This document shows positions 30,597-32,000 of a stretch of 32,000 nucleotides of DNA, in pieces (the stretch's first letter is position 1; the number at the start of each line of letters is the position of its first letter). This DNA is from Raphidiopsis brookii D9 (GTDB lineage: Bacteria; Cyanobacteriota; Cyanobacteriia; Cyanobacteriales; Nostocaceae), in NCBI GenBank assembly GCA_000175855.1, contig ACYB01000007.1, forward strand, positions 60,001-92,000, in the 5' to 3' direction. The position numbers were made by a program, and so were the translations under genes. The notes under the pieces are model-generated. The model saw only the letters and a list, made by a program, of their open reading frames with translations. It was not told where the DNA came from and did no database searches.

Positions 30597-31814
30597 TTGT
30601 ACATTTCATTAACAAAATTATTCTTACAATGCCAAAAAAACCTAAGTCATCCTTATACAGAACCTTTAGCATTTGAACGTTTATTACTGTTAATTGCTAC
30701 CCTACTCAAATATCCGGGTGTGGGGAGTCCAGATTTCCTAGAATTTAGTAATAATAAAAATCATGACGCAATTGGTGTCGTTAAAATATATCTACAACAA
30801 CTAGCCAAGAATTTAAATATAAAATTACCAGATAATTATCCCGCAGTGGACACATTACGTAAAGATTTAAAAACCCTTAGACGCTACGGTATCCTTGATC
30901 AAAGAATGTATCGTTGGGGATATTATTTAGGCACTGGTGCTTTGTCTATTACTGAACTTAAAGTAGCATTTAACACTTTAGCTTCCCAAGCACAATATCA
31001 AGGCGATGCCCAAACAAGACGCATTTATGAAACTTTAAGTAAAAGACTGCGGAGTTTGGATAGGGAACTCAAGGGAGAATTTTTTTATCCTATCCGTCAA
31101 CATCTGAATCGTGCCATAATTCACACAGACCCGGAAGAAATGGCAGCAAAAGGAGAAAACAGAGATACGTTATTTCATCAATTACCATTATTAGAACAGG
31201 CCATAAGTCAAGGACAAGCCATCGAAATTTCTCGTAGTAAAAGTTTCTATGGTTCTGGTAATATTGGTAGATTTCAGGTATTTCCATTACAATTAATTTA
31301 CCATGATATTGCCTGGTATTTACTGTATGAGCTCTGTGAAGGTGGACATTTAGTAATGGGGCGTATTAATCGCTTTAATAGTTATTGTTCCCTAGTTAAA
31401 ATACCAGCACGGGGAATAGAAAAACAAAGAGAAAGTTTAGCTAAAGCCTATCAACTATTGGAAAATGGTTGGGGTTTAAATTTAGGTGAACCTGAACCAC
31501 AACAGTTAGAATTAGCGGGAAATCTTAAATTTATTGAAGTTGAGGTACGTTTTTATCCTCCCATATCCAACTTTATTGTAGAAGGAGAGCGTCGTCATCC
31601 CAATCAAAAAATTGTAGTCGGAGAACCCGATAAAAACACTGGGGAATACAAATTTATAGAATATTCTATAAAATTACCGCCACGTTCTTTAAATGAATTT
31701 ATACAATGGGTTTATCGTTATATGGATAAGGCACAAATATTGTCACCACCAGAATTAATAAAACAACATCATCAGCTTGCACAAAATTTATATAATCGTT
31801 ATCAGAAGGTTTAA
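30597..31814 (+). CDS. WYL-domain transcriptional regulator (CRISPR-associated type). The start codon is uncertain.
   Basis: wHTH-like segment DTLRKDLKTLRRYGIL and WYL-domain core LQLIYHDIAWYLLYE. It is divergent from the cas operon. The track start is a TTG (30597). The only nearby ATG (30629, MPKKPKS...) is out of frame across an A7 run (30634-30640). Confidence 0.8.
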   Translation: MYISLTKLFLQCQKNLSHPYTEPLAFERLLLLIATLLKYPGVGSPDFLEFSNNKNHDAIGVVKIYLQQLAKNLNIKLPDNYPAVDTLRKDLKTLRRYGILDQRMYRWGYYLGTGALSITELKVAFNTLASQAQYQGDAQTRRIYETLSKRLRSLDRELKGEFFYPIRQHLNRAIIHTDPEEMAAKGENRDTLFHQLPLLEQAISQGQAIEISRSKSFYGSGNIGRFQVFPLQLIYHDIAWYLLYELCEGGHLVMGRINRFNSYCSLVKIPARGIEKQRESLAKAYQLLENGWGLNLGEPEPQQLELAGNLKFIEVEVRFYPPISNFIVEGERRHPNQKIVVGEPDKNTGEYKFIEYSIKLPPRSLNEFIQWVYRYMDKAQILSPPELIKQHHQLAQNLYNRYQKV

Positions 31815-31881
31815 TATTAAAAACCCTAAAGAGAAATTTTCAGGGGGAAACTTCATAAGAATTTAATCATCAACTTTGTAA

Positions 31882-31974
31882 TCGGGCGATCCTTCCTATC
31901 CTTGGGATGCAGCAGAGTATCTGGAAACAAAAGAAGATATTGAACATGCTATAAACAATACGTTTATATTATGA
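31882..31974 (+). pseudogene. Start-less fragment resembling the N-terminus of an addiction-module antidote (HigA/antitoxin-like) protein
   Basis: The frame reads (stop)SGDPSYPWDAAEYLETKEDIEHAINNTFIL(stop). The WDAAEYLxTxEDI pattern recalls the N-terminal F/W-D-x-A-E-Y-L-x-x-x-E-D motif of that antitoxin family. There is no start codon and it is truncated after about 30 codons. Confidence 0.3.
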
Positions 31975-32000
31975 AGTCTCTTGACTCATAATAAAGTGAG

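Overview
This is a chromosomal window from a cyanobacterium. Evidence: nine copies of the HIP1 octamer GCGATCGC (609, 3382, 3709, 5628, 6748, 17510, 19623, 25580, 30020), a split rpoC1/rpoC2, and rpsT-tatD-rpoB-rpoC1-rpoC2 synteny. A filamentous Nostocales-like host is my inference. Positions 1-19.4 kb are a housekeeping block: a membrane-anchored protein, hslO, a small hypothetical, a universal stress protein, hisD, rpsT, a TatD-family hydrolase, rpoB, rpoC1, rpoC2, a GIY-YIG-like protein, htpG and sodB. Positions 19.6-31.8 kb are a markedly AT-richer accessory island carrying a type III-B-like (Cmr) CRISPR-Cas locus on the minus strand. Its order is: small TM protein, cas1, cas2, then a 497-nt spacer holding a GC-rich structured element, then cas10/cmr2, cmr3, cmr4, cmr5, cmr6+cmr1 and a CARF/HEPN (Csx1/Csm6-like) effector. 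A WYL-domain regulator is transcribed divergently. I found no CRISPR array and no cas6 in the window. Main caveat: at least seven reading frames are interrupted by single-base discrepancies, mostly in short homopolymer runs. These include the essential rpoC1 and rpoC2, plus cas10, cas1, the CARF/HEPN gene, the first gene and probably the WYL start. This pattern fits assembly or sequencing error far better than pseudogenisation, so I annotate the genes across the breaks. Points worth follow-up in the island: a Cmr4-like backbone subunit that seems to lack the catalytic Asp; a Cmr6-Cmr1 single ORF that may be real or an A6-run artefact, with an Asn/Gly/Arg low-complexity N-terminus; the unexplained structured GC-rich element between cas2 and cas10; and a small membrane protein translationally coupled to cas1.
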